Below, piece after piece: positions 20,455 through 29,576 of a stretch of DNA of 64,000 nucleotides. Numbering within the stretch: position 1 is the stretch's first letter; each line of letters starts with the position of its first letter. The stretch spans positions 9,354 through 73,353 of the forward strand of contig CAYPBW010000001.1 of the NCBI GenBank assembly GCA_964409055.1, written 5' to 3'. The stretch is from an uncultured Chitinophaga sp. (GTDB lineage: Bacteria > Bacteroidota > Bacteroidia > Chitinophagales > Chitinophagaceae). The notes beneath the pieces are model-generated. The model worked only from the letters and a program-made list of their open reading frames with translations. It had not been told where the DNA came from and did not search any database. The position numbers and the translations under genes are program-made.

Positions 20455-21231
20455 TTATTTTCCTTTGAAATCAGCTTTTCTTTTTTCAAGGAAAGCGGTT
20501 ACACCTTCCTTCATGTCTTCGGTATCAAATGTATTACCGAATTCTTCGATCTCCAGCATAAAGCCATCTATGCTTTCATTAAATACAGCATTAGCGGCTT
20601 TAATACATCCGGCTACCGCAAGCGGTGCCTTTGAATTAATAACATCCAGAATTTTTCGGGTATGTTCAAGTAATGTATCAGTAGTGGTAACATAGTTGAC
20701 GAGGCCCAATTCTTTTGCTTCTTTAGCATCAATCATATGAGCTGACATCAACAATTCCATCGCTTTTCCTTTTCCGATCAGCTGAACTAATCGCTGTGTA
20801 CCGCCATAGCCGGGAATCAAACCCAGGTTTACCTCCGGTTGACCAAACTTTGCATTTTCACTGGCTATACGAAAATGGCAGCTCATTGCCAGTTCACAAC
20901 CTCCGCCTAATGCAAAACCATTTACTGCTGCTACAATGGGTTTAGAAGAGTTTTCAATTCGGGCAAAAATGTCCTGGCCTCTTTTTGCAAGAGCTTTTGC
21001 CTGTTCTTTATTTAAAGAGTTGAACTCCGAAATATCAGCACCGGCCACAAATGCCTTTGGTCCGGATCCGGTTATGATAACGGATTTTATGTCCGGGTTC
21101 TTTTCAATTTCGTCCAAAGCTATATTCAGGTCAGTAAATACATCTTTGTTCAGTGCATTCAATTTATCAGGGCGATTGATCGTAATAGTATAAATGCCAT
21201 TTTCAAGGCTGGCAAGCAGTGTATGATACAT
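20455..21231 (-). CDS. Enoyl-CoA hydratase/isomerase (crotonase)
   Basis: 258 aa with FVAGADI and the oxyanion-hole/catalytic Glu context GGGCELAMSCH...PEVNLG. Confidence 0.9.
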   Translation of the reverse strand: MYHTLLASLENGIYTITINRPDKLNALNKDVFTDLNIALDEIEKNPDIKSVIITGSGPKAFVAGADISEFNSLNKEQAKALAKRGQDIFARIENSSKPIVAAVNGFALGGGCELAMSCHFRIASENAKFGQPEVNLGLIPGYGGTQRLVQLIGKGKAMELLMSAHMIDAKEAKELGLVNYVTTTDTLLEHTRKILDVINSKAPLAVAGCIKAANAVFNESIDGFMLEIEEFGNTFDTEDMKEGVTAFLEKRKADFKGK

Positions 21232-21241
21232 GTTTTTATTT

Positions 21242-21649
21242 TTAAAAATTGCGGTGTTCTTTTACCCAGTTACTTATATAATCAGCGATCTCATGGGTAT
21301 TGGTGCCGGGATGAAACAATTTTCCTACTCCAATTTTGTTTAGTTCTTCAATGTCTTCGTCCGGAATAATGCCTCCGCCGGTCAGCAGTACATCGCCCAT
21401 ACCTTTTTCTTTCATCAGGTTTATTACTTTAGGAAAAACGGTATTGTGGGCACCGGAAAGAATGCTGATTCCTATAGCATCCACATCTTCCTGCAAAGCG
21501 GCATTTACTACCATTTCGGGTGTTTGCCTGAGACCGGTATAAATTACTTCCATGCCGGCATCCCGCAGTGCTGTAGCAATTACTTTGGCACCCCTGTCGT
21601 GGCCATCAAGGCCAACTTTGGCCACCAAAACTCTGATAGGTCTTTTCAT
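21242..21649 (-). CDS. Stand-alone cobalamin (B12)-binding domain of methylmalonyl-CoA mutase type
   Basis: 135 aa containing [15 protein letters not shown] (DxHxxG B12-binding motif). Confidence 0.85.
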   Translation of the reverse strand: MKRPIRVLVAKVGLDGHDRGAKVIATALRDAGMEVIYTGLRQTPEMVVNAALQEDVDAIGISILSGAHNTVFPKVINLMKEKGMGDVLLTGGGIIPDEDIEELNKIGVGKLFHPGTNTHEIADYISNWVKEHRNF

Positions 21650-21707
21650 CGTAAAATATTGTATTGCAAAATTAGGTTCTTTCAGCTTCAGCAGCGTATA
21701 TTAGGTT

Positions 21708-22697
21708 ATGCAATACAGGAAGTTTGGTGTTACTGAGTTGATGGTAAGTGAGGTGGGTTTTGGTGCCTGGGCTATCGGTGGCGGGGCTATGATTGGTAAT
21801 ACAGCAATTGGCTGGGGCAATGCTGATGATGTTGTTTCAGAAGAGGCAATTTATGCTTCGCTGGAAGCTGGTATTAATTTCTTTGATACTGCTGATATTT
21901 ATGGCTTGGGTCATTCGGAGGAGTTACTGGGTAAAACAATTGGTGGCAGAAAGGATGTTGTCATAGCCAGTAAGGCTGGTAATGTTTCCCGTGATAATGA
22001 GTTTAGTTTTGACTATAGCCGCCGGCATATAACCGGTGCCTGCGAAGCATCCCTTAAGCGATTAAAAAGAGATGTAATTGATTATTATCAGCTTCACACA
22101 GCAAGGCTGAATCATTTGAAGGAAGGTGATTGCATTGAAGCGATGCAGCAGTTGCAACAGGAGGGAAAAATCAGGTATTGGGGACTTTCCCTGAATACTT
22201 TTTATCCATTGCCGGAAGCCGAATATTTACTGCAGCAAGGACTGGGTAATGGATTTCAGTTGGTATTGAATTTATTGAACCAGCATTCGTTACCACTGCT
22301 GAAAAAAGCCGGAGAAAAAGGTTATGGTATTATTGCACGGATGCCCCTTCAATTTGGACTATTGACCGGAAAATTTGATAGGGGAGCTTCGTTTCCTGAA
22401 AATGATCATCGAAAGAACCGGCTTACTGCTGAAGTAGTGAATGCAAGCAGTACTGCTCTTGCACCCGTTTGGGAATTGTGTGAAAAGTATAATTGTACTA
22501 AAACCCAGCTGGCGTTAAGCTATGTTTTGAGCTACAGCGAGGTATCGGTCATCATTCCCGGAATTCGTACCAGGGAACATGTGGCAGGTAATACAACCGG
22601 TTTGTTTCAGTTGGATATTGCTGACAGACAAAAAATCGAATCACTGGGTACTGGATCCTTCGTTTCCTTAATGGAAATGATTAAACAGCGGGGTTAA
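21708..22697 (+). CDS. Aldo/keto reductase
   Basis: 329 aa with FDTADIYG and the conserved AKR catalytic tetrad context. Confidence 0.9.
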   Translation: MQYRKFGVTELMVSEVGFGAWAIGGGAMIGNTAIGWGNADDVVSEEAIYASLEAGINFFDTADIYGLGHSEELLGKTIGGRKDVVIASKAGNVSRDNEFSFDYSRRHITGACEASLKRLKRDVIDYYQLHTARLNHLKEGDCIEAMQQLQQEGKIRYWGLSLNTFYPLPEAEYLLQQGLGNGFQLVLNLLNQHSLPLLKKAGEKGYGIIARMPLQFGLLTGKFDRGASFPENDHRKNRLTAEVVNASSTALAPVWELCEKYNCTKTQLALSYVLSYSEVSVIIPGIRTREHVAGNTTGLFQLDIADRQKIESLGTGSFVSLMEMIKQRG

Positions 22698-24214
22698 AAC
22701 AGGCTTATTGCAAATAGCATTCTTTTTATTGTTTCTTCTTTACCCAGTAACTCAGCAATATCAAACACTCCCGGGCCAAACTTTCCGCCTACCAGCATGA
22801 TGCGGAAGGGCAGCATCAGCTCACCTGGTTTAAGGTCATTTACTGATGCAATTTCCTTGAAATTGGTTTCTAAAGTATGGGCATTCCAGTCAGGGGTCAA
22901 CTCATAATTACGTATAAGCTCAGCAAAGAAAAGTTGCTTGGCCTCATTCCATTTTGGTTTCACTGCATCCACATCCACTACTTCCGGTGCTTTAAAGAAG
23001 AATGTGGATTGTTGTATAAAATCTGTCAGCAGCGTACACCTGTCTTTTACCAGTGTAATTATCTTGTCCAACAGGTCTTTGTTGGTAACATTAATACCAC
23101 TTTGAACAAGAAGTTCACTAACCTTAGGGTTTAAATTTTCAATCTTCATTCTTTTGACCCATTCATGGTTGAACCATTTTGCTTTTTCGTAATCAAACCT
23201 GGCTCCGGCGCTGTGCACTCTTTCCATGGAGAATCTTTCAATCAGCTCTTCCTTTGAAAATATCTCCTGCTCAGACCCGTCGTTCCACCCCAGCAGTGCC
23301 AGCAGATTGATAAAGGCTTCAGGTAAAAATCCTTTTTCTTTAAAACCTTCGGTCATTTCGCCGGTTTTGGGATCGGTCCAGTTCATGGCAAATACCGGGA
23401 AACCATATTTGGCACCGTCTCGTTTACTCAGTTTGCCGTTGGGACCTAGTATCAGGGGGAAATGTGCCCACTGCGGCATGTTTTCCAAACCAAATAAATA
23501 TTTCCAAAGCAGGATATGTACAGGTGCTGAGGGCAGCCATTCTTCTCCTCTAAAAGCATGGCTGATCTGCATTAAATGGTCATCTACCACTACTGCCAGG
23601 TGATAGGTTGGCATGCCATCAGCTTTGAGGAGTACTTTATCATCCACCGTTGATGTATCAAAGCTTACTTCTCCCCGGATCATATCTGTAAAAATCACCG
23701 CTTCTTTTTCCGGTATCTTAATACGGATAACATGCCTGGTTCCTGCACCAAGTAACTTTTGTGTTTCTTCTTTTGATAAGGAGAGTGAATTCCGCATTTT
23801 CTTGCGGATGATATGGTCGTATTGCGGAGAAGGGTTTTGCTCAGTTCTAAAATCCTGGCGCATTTTTTCCAGTTCTTCAGGGGTGTCGAATGCATAGTAG
23901 GCATGTCCATCGGCCACCAATTTTTCTGCATACTGCCGGTAGATTTCTTTTCTTTCACTCTGGCGATAAGGGCCATAGCTGCCACCATGCTGCACACTCT
24001 CATCAGGTTCCAGGCCACACCATTTCAATGTATCAAAAATGTATTCTTCTGCGCCGGGTACGTAGCGGTTCTGGTCAGTATCTTCTATTCTTACAATAAA
24101 ATCTCCCTCATGTTTTTTGGCAAACAGGTAGTTGTATAAAACCGTTCTTACACCGCCCAGGTGTAAACCACCTGTGGGACTAGGTGCAAACCGAACCCTT
24201 ACTTTTTTATTCAT
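22694..24214 (-). CDS. gltX: Glutamate--tRNA ligase
   Basis: ATG (cat 24212-24214) gives MNKKVRVRFAPSPTGGLHLGG (HIGH). KLSKRD (KMSKS) is present. Confidence 0.95.
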   Translation of the reverse strand: MNKKVRVRFAPSPTGGLHLGGVRTVLYNYLFAKKHEGDFIVRIEDTDQNRYVPGAEEYIFDTLKWCGLEPDESVQHGGSYGPYRQSERKEIYRQYAEKLVADGHAYYAFDTPEELEKMRQDFRTEQNPSPQYDHIIRKKMRNSLSLSKEETQKLLGAGTRHVIRIKIPEKEAVIFTDMIRGEVSFDTSTVDDKVLLKADGMPTYHLAVVVDDHLMQISHAFRGEEWLPSAPVHILLWKYLFGLENMPQWAHFPLILGPNGKLSKRDGAKYGFPVFAMNWTDPKTGEMTEGFKEKGFLPEAFINLLALLGWNDGSEQEIFSKEELIERFSMERVHSAGARFDYEKAKWFNHEWVKRMKIENLNPKVSELLVQSGINVTNKDLLDKIITLVKDRCTLLTDFIQQSTFFFKAPEVVDVDAVKPKWNEAKQLFFAELIRNYELTPDWNAHTLETNFKEIASVNDLKPGELMLPFRIMLVGGKFGPGVFDIAELLGKEETIKRMLFAISLF

Positions 24215-24253
24215 AGGATGCAAAGATAAAACCACCAACCTCTAAAGGGGAGC

Positions 24254-24261
24254 TATATTTG
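24254..24261 (+). promoter_or_regulatory. -7 promoter element upstream of the deacetylase gene
   Basis: TATATTTG lies 6 nt before ATG 24267. Confidence 0.4.
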
Positions 24262-24266
24262 TACAA

Positions 24267-24884
24267 ATGCTTAAATATTTTATCAAAACTCCCCGGTGGT
24301 TGAAGATCATGTTCCCGGACAGGGTATGGAGTATTGATACTGTTGAAAAAAATATTTACCTGACTTTTGATGATGGTCCTCATCCCACAGCTACTGCTTT
24401 TGTACTGGATGAATTGAAAAAATATAATGCCAGGGCAACTTTTTTTTGTATCGGGAAAAATGTCGAAAGCAATCCTGAACTTTACGACCGCATTATCTCC
24501 GAAGGACATCAAACAGGAAATCACACACAAAATCATTTGAACGGTTGGCAAACAGCAGATGAAGTTTACCTGGATGATGTAAAGTTAGCGGCAAGAAAGA
24601 TTCAATCTGTACTCTTCAGACCGCCTTATGGCCGCATCCGTTCCCGTCAGGTAAAGAGGTTAAATGACTATAAGATAGTGATGTGGGATGTATTAAGCGG
24701 CGATTTCGATATTAGGATTTCGAAGGAAACCTGTTTACAGAATGTATTAAACAACACCAGTTCCGGATCCATCGTCGTTTTTCATGACAGCGAAAAAGCA
24801 TGGGATAAATTAAAGTATTCGCTTCCACAGGTACTTGAACACTTTAGTAAAAAAGAGTATAAGTTTTTATCGCTTCCTTATTAA
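24267..24884 (+). CDS. Polysaccharide deacetylase (NodB homology domain)
   Basis: 205 aa with LTFDDGP, HQTGNHTQNH and FRPPYG motifs. Confidence 0.85.
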   Translation: MLKYFIKTPRWLKIMFPDRVWSIDTVEKNIYLTFDDGPHPTATAFVLDELKKYNARATFFCIGKNVESNPELYDRIISEGHQTGNHTQNHLNGWQTADEVYLDDVKLAARKIQSVLFRPPYGRIRSRQVKRLNDYKIVMWDVLSGDFDIRISKETCLQNVLNNTSSGSIVVFHDSEKAWDKLKYSLPQVLEHFSKKEYKFLSLPY

Positions 24885-24913
24885 AAACAAAGGGTATCCT
24901 CTTAAAAAAGTTA

Positions 24914-24937
24914 GGGCCTGGGTAGAAACCCTGGCCC
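24914..24937 (+). terminator. Hairpin terminator after the deacetylase gene
   Basis: gggcctgggt-agaa-accctggccc (1 mismatch) followed by gttttt. Confidence 0.5.
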
Positions 24938-24990
24938 GTTTTTAATCCGTACCCTATGAAAACTGGTTTAAAGGTATAATAATTTTTTAA

Positions 24991-25887
24991 TTACGGCAAA
25001 GTAATTTGATGGGTCACCCCGTTAATAGTAATGGTAGCCTGGTTATCACAATTTCCGTTGCCAAAGTCCAGAACGGCAATCCATGGGCTATTAGTGGTGG
25101 CATTGGCCCTAACTATTCTGATCTTTCCACGGACAATCCAACGGCAGTTGAAACGCTTGACTAGTGGTTCAATAATGTTTGATTCCCATACAGTTAAGAG
25201 ATTGCCTCTTTTTACACGGCCCCTTGCAGAGCCTTCAATTTTGAAAATATCATCCAATGGAATTGGGGTAGCCAAACCCTCTATTTGAGTAATTACTTTA
25301 ACGCTGTTCCACTCAGTAAAGTTGCCATTGGGACGGGTGAGTTTGCCGTTGATTACTTCAGCTTTAAACTGCCTTGCTGGCGGAATATTTGCCACCGGCG
25401 AACTGGTATTGGTTATCTTATGCACTCCCTGCACTCTTACACTGTCAAAATAAAAATCAACAAACTCGGTAGTGGCAACTGACCCGGGAACAATCAACCT
25501 TCCGGTATATACCGTTACTATTTTACCCTTGCGAAAATGGCCATCACGTCCTACGCAGCCAGTACCAAAATCCAGTGTTATTCTTACCGGAAATGGGGCA
25601 GGAGGATTCAAACGGTCAATGATTACGTCAGGGCAAGCAGTAACCCGGCCAAAAATACCGGTTCCGCCGACACCTACTTCATCGTTTACACCCATTACGT
25701 CATCAAACACACCGTTGAAAACGATTTCTGATTCTCCATCAGCTTCACTGGAAACCCTTGAAGCTTCCATTTCCTGTTCTTCTTCAGAACCATTTTGGCT
25801 TTGTTCTTTTTGGCAAGAAGTGATAGATAAAACAGTGAAGAAGAAGAAAATGGCTGCCAGCGGGAAGGAAATAATCCTTGATTTCAT
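24991..25887 (-). CDS. Hypothetical lipoprotein (298 aa)
   Basis: Signal peptide ending in the lipobox LSITSC, an acidic linker, then a beta-rich body with paired Cys. No recognisable family. Confidence 0.55.
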   Translation of the reverse strand: MKSRIISFPLAAIFFFFTVLSITSCQKEQSQNGSEEEQEMEASRVSSEADGESEIVFNGVFDDVMGVNDEVGVGGTGIFGRVTACPDVIIDRLNPPAPFPVRITLDFGTGCVGRDGHFRKGKIVTVYTGRLIVPGSVATTEFVDFYFDSVRVQGVHKITNTSSPVANIPPARQFKAEVINGKLTRPNGNFTEWNSVKVITQIEGLATPIPLDDIFKIEGSARGRVKRGNLLTVWESNIIEPLVKRFNCRWIVRGKIRIVRANATTNSPWIAVLDFGNGNCDNQATITINGVTHQITLP

Positions 25888-26003
25888 AAAAAATAATTTT
25901 GCAGTTAAGGTAGTTTAACGCCTTTAAGAACAGTTTTATTGACCAAAGTTTAAAGGAATCTTAAAGTTTTTTACTGAGTTTTGTCATTCAAAGGTACCTG
26001 ATA

Positions 26004-26771
26004 ATGAACCTGATAGACACCCACTCCCATATTTACCTGCCTGAATTTGAAACAGACAGGGAATTCATGTTGCAGCGAGCTGAAAAAGAAGGGGTTAGAA
26101 AAATTTTGATGCCTGCTATTGATTCTGGAACCCATAAAAGTATGTTGAACCTGGAGCAAAGCCACCTGGGTTTTTGTCTTGCCATGATGGGGGTACATCC
26201 TTGTTCGATAAAAAAAAATTATAAGGAGGAATTGAAAACAGCCTGGGATTACTTTGAAAAAAGGGCTTTTTGTGCAGTTGGTGAAACAGGCCTTGATTTC
26301 TATTGGGATAAAACTCACGCAACTGAGCAATATCTTGCTTTTCAGGAACAAATAGAATGGGCCCTGGAGTTTGATATACCCATAGTTATTCATTCCAGAG
26401 AATCTGTTGATGAATGTATCCGTGTGGTTTCAGAACATCAGAAAGGCAAATTGAAAGGCGTATTCCATTGTTTTTCTGGAAATGGCAGGCAGGCACAGCA
26501 AATAATTGACCTTGGCTTTTACCTGGGTATCGGCGGTGTTGTGACTTTTAAGAATTCAGGTTTAGATAAAGTAATGGAAAATGTTTCGCTGGATTATATT
26601 GTTTTAGAAACCGATGCTCCTTACCTGGCACCTGTACCATTTAGGGGGAAACGAAATGAGCCTTCTTATCTGAGATATGTGGTGGAGAAATTAGCGGAAT
26701 TGAAAAAATGTGGTACAAAAGAAGTTGCTGCAATAACTACTGCCAATGCAGAAAAACTTTTTGTAAAATAA
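26004..26771 (+). CDS. tatD: TatD family metal-dependent hydrolase
   Basis: 255 aa with N-terminal IDTHSH and other TatD blocks (GETGLD, HCFSG, ETDAPY). Confidence 0.9.
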   Translation: MNLIDTHSHIYLPEFETDREFMLQRAEKEGVRKILMPAIDSGTHKSMLNLEQSHLGFCLAMMGVHPCSIKKNYKEELKTAWDYFEKRAFCAVGETGLDFYWDKTHATEQYLAFQEQIEWALEFDIPIVIHSRESVDECIRVVSEHQKGKLKGVFHCFSGNGRQAQQIIDLGFYLGIGGVVTFKNSGLDKVMENVSLDYIVLETDAPYLAPVPFRGKRNEPSYLRYVVEKLAELKKCGTKEVAAITTANAEKLFVK

Positions 26772-26800
26772 AATCCTCCGTTTAAAAGTAACGGAGGATT
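26772..26800. terminator. Bidirectional hairpin between tatD and tRNA-Ser
   Basis: aatcctccgt / acggaggatt form a perfect 10-bp stem with a 9-nt loop. On the minus strand it is followed by ttattttac, so it can terminate the tRNA transcript. Confidence 0.5.
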
Positions 26801-26803
26801 GAG

Positions 26804-26891
26804 CGGAGACCGAGGGATTCGAACCCTCGATACCCTTTGGGGGTATACACACTTTCCAGGCGTGCCTCTTCAACCACTCGAGCAGGTCTCC
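26804..26891 (-). tRNA. tRNA-Ser (anticodon GGA)
   Basis: The minus-strand sequence GGAGACC...GGTCTCCG folds by hand as a cloverleaf: acceptor 7 bp, anticodon stem CACGC/GTGTG with loop CUGGAAA, a long variable arm, and T-arm GAGGG-TTCGAAT-CCCTC. CCA is not encoded. Confidence 0.9.
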
Positions 26892-26929
26892 ATTGGTTGT
26901 GAAGGGCGGCAAAAATAAGGATTATTGAC

Positions 26930-27385
26930 TTACCAGTTGTTAGCCTGGTCAGGGTTTAGTCTTTCTGATACATCTACCGGTTGATTTTCTTCCCAGTTGG
27001 GATCAAATTTTACAAACCAGGATATCCATAGACTGCGGCTCAGCCGCATCAACCAGGGTTGAATAAGGATGAGTAAAACAGAATTTATACCCAACCAGTA
27101 AAAAAATCGGTTATCTGAAGTGGACATCCCGATTAAAACATACCAGGCAACAAGGGTGGATACGGTAAAAGCTACACCTAATGCATAGCTCACATAACCC
27201 GTACCATAATAAAACCCGACTTCTATTTCAGTAGGCTGGCCGCATACGGAACAATTCTTATGCATTTCCAGGTTTCGTTTGCCAATAGTTACAGGATGTT
27301 TAAACAATTTCCCTTCCCGGCAACGGGGGCAATGACAGGTAATAGCAGATGAAAGATAACCTCTGTGTTTCTTTTTGTCAGGCAT
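26930..27385 (-). CDS. DUF983-like membrane protein with N-terminal zinc ribbon
   Basis: 151 aa with CPRC...CSVC Cys pairs followed by 2-3 TM helices. Last gene of the P1 operon (2-nt gap to trx). Confidence 0.65.
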   Translation of the reverse strand: MPDKKKHRGYLSSAITCHCPRCREGKLFKHPVTIGKRNLEMHKNCSVCGQPTEIEVGFYYGTGYVSYALGVAFTVSTLVAWYVLIGMSTSDNRFFYWLGINSVLLILIQPWLMRLSRSLWISWFVKFDPNWEENQPVDVSERLNPDQANNW

Positions 27386-27387
27386 GT

Positions 27388-27714
27388 CTATGAGTTGATC
27401 GAATACTCTTCAATGATTTTTTCTAATTGTGAAGCCTGCAGCACACCGGATTTTCTCCATAATGTCTTTCCTTGTTGAAATATCATCAGAGTGGGTACGC
27501 TTTGAATCTGTAAGGTATTGGCTACAGATGGGCTTTTATCTACATCAATTTTGAGGATGCGCACTTTATCTCCCATCCTTGTATGCAGTTCTTCAAGTAC
27601 CGGTTTCATCAGTTTGCAGGGGCCACACCATTCAGCAAAAAAATCAACCAGCACTGGTTTGCTTCCGTTGATGATCTCCTCAAACGTTTCTCTCTTATTA
27701 CTTGTCGTTGTCAT
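27388..27714 (-). CDS. trxA: Thioredoxin
   Basis: 108 aa with the WCGPCK active site. Confidence 0.9.
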   Translation of the reverse strand: MTTTSNKRETFEEIINGSKPVLVDFFAEWCGPCKLMKPVLEELHTRMGDKVRILKIDVDKSPSVANTLQIQSVPTLMIFQQGKTLWRKSGVLQASQLEKIIEEYSINS

Positions 27715-27907
27715 TTTTTCCTCTTTTAAACATACTGAATAACAAACCGCCCATCAATGCGCCATAAGCCGTGCTGTTATGCCACTTAGAAGTAATAGCA
27801 CAAGTACCGCTGCTGCAGCCAATCTGTTGCCAGTACAGGTACCCTCCGGCAGCGCCAATTATAATTCCAGCGATCAATAATTTGTTATTTAGAACCCAGC
27901 TCTTCAT
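27698..27907 (-). CDS. Small 2-TM membrane protein with GCSSGTC motif (DUF6132-like)
   Basis: The ATG at 27907 (MKSWVLNNKLLIAG...) is preferred to the TTG at 27913. 69 aa with two hydrophobic helices flanking QQIGCSSGTCAI. Overlaps both neighbours. Confidence 0.55.
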   Translation of the reverse strand: MKSWVLNNKLLIAGIIIGAAGGYLYWQQIGCSSGTCAITSKWHNSTAYGALMGGLLFSMFKRGKNDNDK

Positions 27908-28139
27908 AGTCAATATTTTCAGGTTTGTCAGAATTATTTCTCTTTACAGGTGTGTAGCAACTTCCTCCTGCACAACAAACGCCATCAGTAAACAACGAGA
28001 ACACCGTAAAAATGGCTCCCAGTATTATTCCTGATACTTCACCAGCACCAATTGAGGATGACAAAATTAAGATACCCAACGTTACCCGGATGAATTTAAG
28101 GGCTGTCCATCCGCTTTTTAACCTGTCTATAAGAGCCAT
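27885..28139 (-). CDS. Small membrane protein, YgaP-C-terminal/DUF2892-like, with CCAGGSC motif
   Basis: 84 aa with two TM helices then DGVCCAGGSCYTP. First gene downstream of box P1. Confidence 0.55.
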   Translation of the reverse strand: MALIDRLKSGWTALKFIRVTLGILILSSSIGAGEVSGIILGAIFTVFSLFTDGVCCAGGSCYTPVKRNNSDKPENIDYEELGSK

Positions 28140-28155
28140 TTTATTGATTTAAATA

Positions 28156-28200
28156 CAAATTTCAGGTGCAATAATGAAGGCTGTGGTGACATTTGTTACA
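28156..28200 (-). promoter_or_regulatory. P1: CRP-type box plus -7-like element (DUF2892-DUF6132-trx-DUF983 operon)
   Basis: The box GGTGACATTTGTTACA (28185-28200) is followed, 21 nt downstream on the minus strand, by GAAATTTG (28156-28163). The ATG is at 28139. Confidence 0.6.
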
Positions 28201-28204
28201 AATA

Positions 28205-28231
28205 AAAACGGCTGTTAAAAACAGCCGTTTT
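28205..28231 (-). terminator. Terminator after sqr (bidirectional type)
   Basis: aaaacggctgt-taaaa-acagccgtttt forms a perfect 11-bp stem with A/T runs. Confidence 0.65.
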
Positions 28232-28250
28232 GCAAACCTTACATCAGTGT

Positions 28251-29447
28251 CTACATTTTACCGGGTAATATCTTGTGCCAGTATAGCCACGGTAAAATTC
28301 TTCTTTTCAACTGGTACATCGTCCACCGTTCTTTACTTTGGTCAAAAGGAAAAGTTTCAGTGGGTTTATTGTTGTAATCAAATTCGCAAAGGACAAGCTT
28401 GCCGTATCCTGTTACAACCGGGCAGCTTGAATACCCGTTATAACTTCCGGTTAACGGCTTTCCTTCCATAAAAGCCAGCAGGTTCTTTACCAGTACAGGA
28501 GCTTCTTTACGAATAGCGGCTCCTGTTCTTGAAGTAGGTAAAGAAGAAGCATCTCCCAGTGAGAACACATTTGGATACTTCACATGCTGCAAAGTGAATT
28601 TGTCTACATCTACCCAACCAGCGGCATTAGCCAATGGGCTATTCTTTACAAAATCGGGTGCACTTTGCGGAGGAGTTACATGTATCATATCAAAACTCAC
28701 CCAATATTCTTTGTCTTTATTTTGCTCTCCAAAACCAACAAATTTTGCTTTTTTATTGGGGCCATCAATTTCAACCAGTTTAGTAAAGAAATTCATCTGT
28801 ACTTTATCCCTTTCAGCCACTTTCTTCAGGGTCTTTTCGTATTTCTCCACACCAAATAGCCTGGTGCCGCCGCTCCAGTATTGTATCTCTGTTTTATCAA
28901 ATATTCCATGCTTTTTAAAGTAATCAGCAGCCAGCCACATTATTTTATGCGGGGCACCACCACATTTTACAGGTGTGTTCGGATTGGTGAACAAAGCTTT
29001 ACCTCCTTTGAAATTTTTCAGGCATTCCCAGGTATAGGGTGCATAATCAACACTGTAGTTGGAACATACGCCATTCTTTCCTATGGTTTCTTTCAGGCCT
29101 TTGATATCACCCCAGTTCAGTTGAATACCTGGCGCTACAATCAGGTATTCATATGCAATAATCTCATTGTTGTCTAAGGTTACCGTATTGGCTTCTGGTT
29201 GAAAGCTTGCTACTTTCTGTTTTATCCATTTTACTGATTTGGGCATTACATCAGCTTCATCACGAATGGTATTTTTCATATTGAAAACACCGGCACCAAC
29301 CAATGTCCATGCAGGCTGATAATAGTGTTTGTCAGAAGGCTCAATAATGGCAATGTCAAGATTCTTGTTTTTACGTAATAACTGAGAAGCAGTGGAGATA
29401 CCGGCATTACCTCCGCCAACGATTACAATTTGATGTTTGATTTGCAT
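28251..29447 (-). CDS. sqr: Sulfide:quinone oxidoreductase, type II (SQRDL-like)
   Basis: ATG at 29447 (MQIKHQIVIVGGGNAGIS, FAD fold). PVKCGGAPHKIM and SLGDASSLPTSRTGAA blocks are characteristic of type II SQR. Confidence 0.85.
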   Translation of the reverse strand: MQIKHQIVIVGGGNAGISTASQLLRKNKNLDIAIIEPSDKHYYQPAWTLVGAGVFNMKNTIRDEADVMPKSVKWIKQKVASFQPEANTVTLDNNEIIAYEYLIVAPGIQLNWGDIKGLKETIGKNGVCSNYSVDYAPYTWECLKNFKGGKALFTNPNTPVKCGGAPHKIMWLAADYFKKHGIFDKTEIQYWSGGTRLFGVEKYEKTLKKVAERDKVQMNFFTKLVEIDGPNKKAKFVGFGEQNKDKEYWVSFDMIHVTPPQSAPDFVKNSPLANAAGWVDVDKFTLQHVKYPNVFSLGDASSLPTSRTGAAIRKEAPVLVKNLLAFMEGKPLTGSYNGYSSCPVVTGYGKLVLCEFDYNNKPTETFPFDQSKERWTMYQLKRRILPWLYWHKILPGKM

Positions 29448-29465
29448 ATAGATCAATTTAGAACA

Positions 29466-29511
29466 CTAAAGTAGTACGGGGGTGCAGCCGGAGGTAGTGA
29501 CAATTGTCACA
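29466..29511 (-). promoter_or_regulatory. P2: CRP-type box plus -7-like element (sqr)
   Basis: The box AGTGACAATTGTCACA (29496-29511) has an inner 14-mer that is a perfect palindrome. TACTTTAG (29466-29473, minus strand) lies after a 22-nt spacer. Confidence 0.6.
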
Positions 29512-29554
29512 CCTTCGGCATTTAGAACGATAATCATATAATGATCCTTATTCG

Positions 29555-29570
29555 CCTGACTACAGTCAGC
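29555..29570. promoter_or_regulatory. Auxiliary CRP-type half-degenerate box in the sqr / PDO1 divergent region
   Basis: CCTGACTACAGTCAGC. Its core TGACTACAGTCA is identical to the core of box P9, and its centre is 22 bp from the P4 box centre. No -7-like element is in register. Confidence 0.45.
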
Positions 29571-29576
29571 TTTTTC

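Noticed and set aside
22694-22697. Convergent aldo/keto reductase and gltX share a 4-nt TTAA stop-codon overlap with no terminator.
   Set aside because: This is a common consequence of tight packing in this genome. Similar 3-14 nt convergent junctions occur at 988/989, 13462/13477, 20449/20455 and 61036/61040. It is not evidence of a special mechanism.
26804-26891. tRNA-Ser bordering the sulfur block suggested a tRNA-targeted genomic island.
   Set aside because: The tRNA is on the minus strand, so its 3' end (the usual integrase target) faces tatD and not the island. No integrase, transposase or direct repeat of the tRNA 3' end was seen anywhere in 26930-47016. The composition looks like the rest of the window. 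I therefore treat it as a chromosomal regulon and not a demonstrable mobile element.
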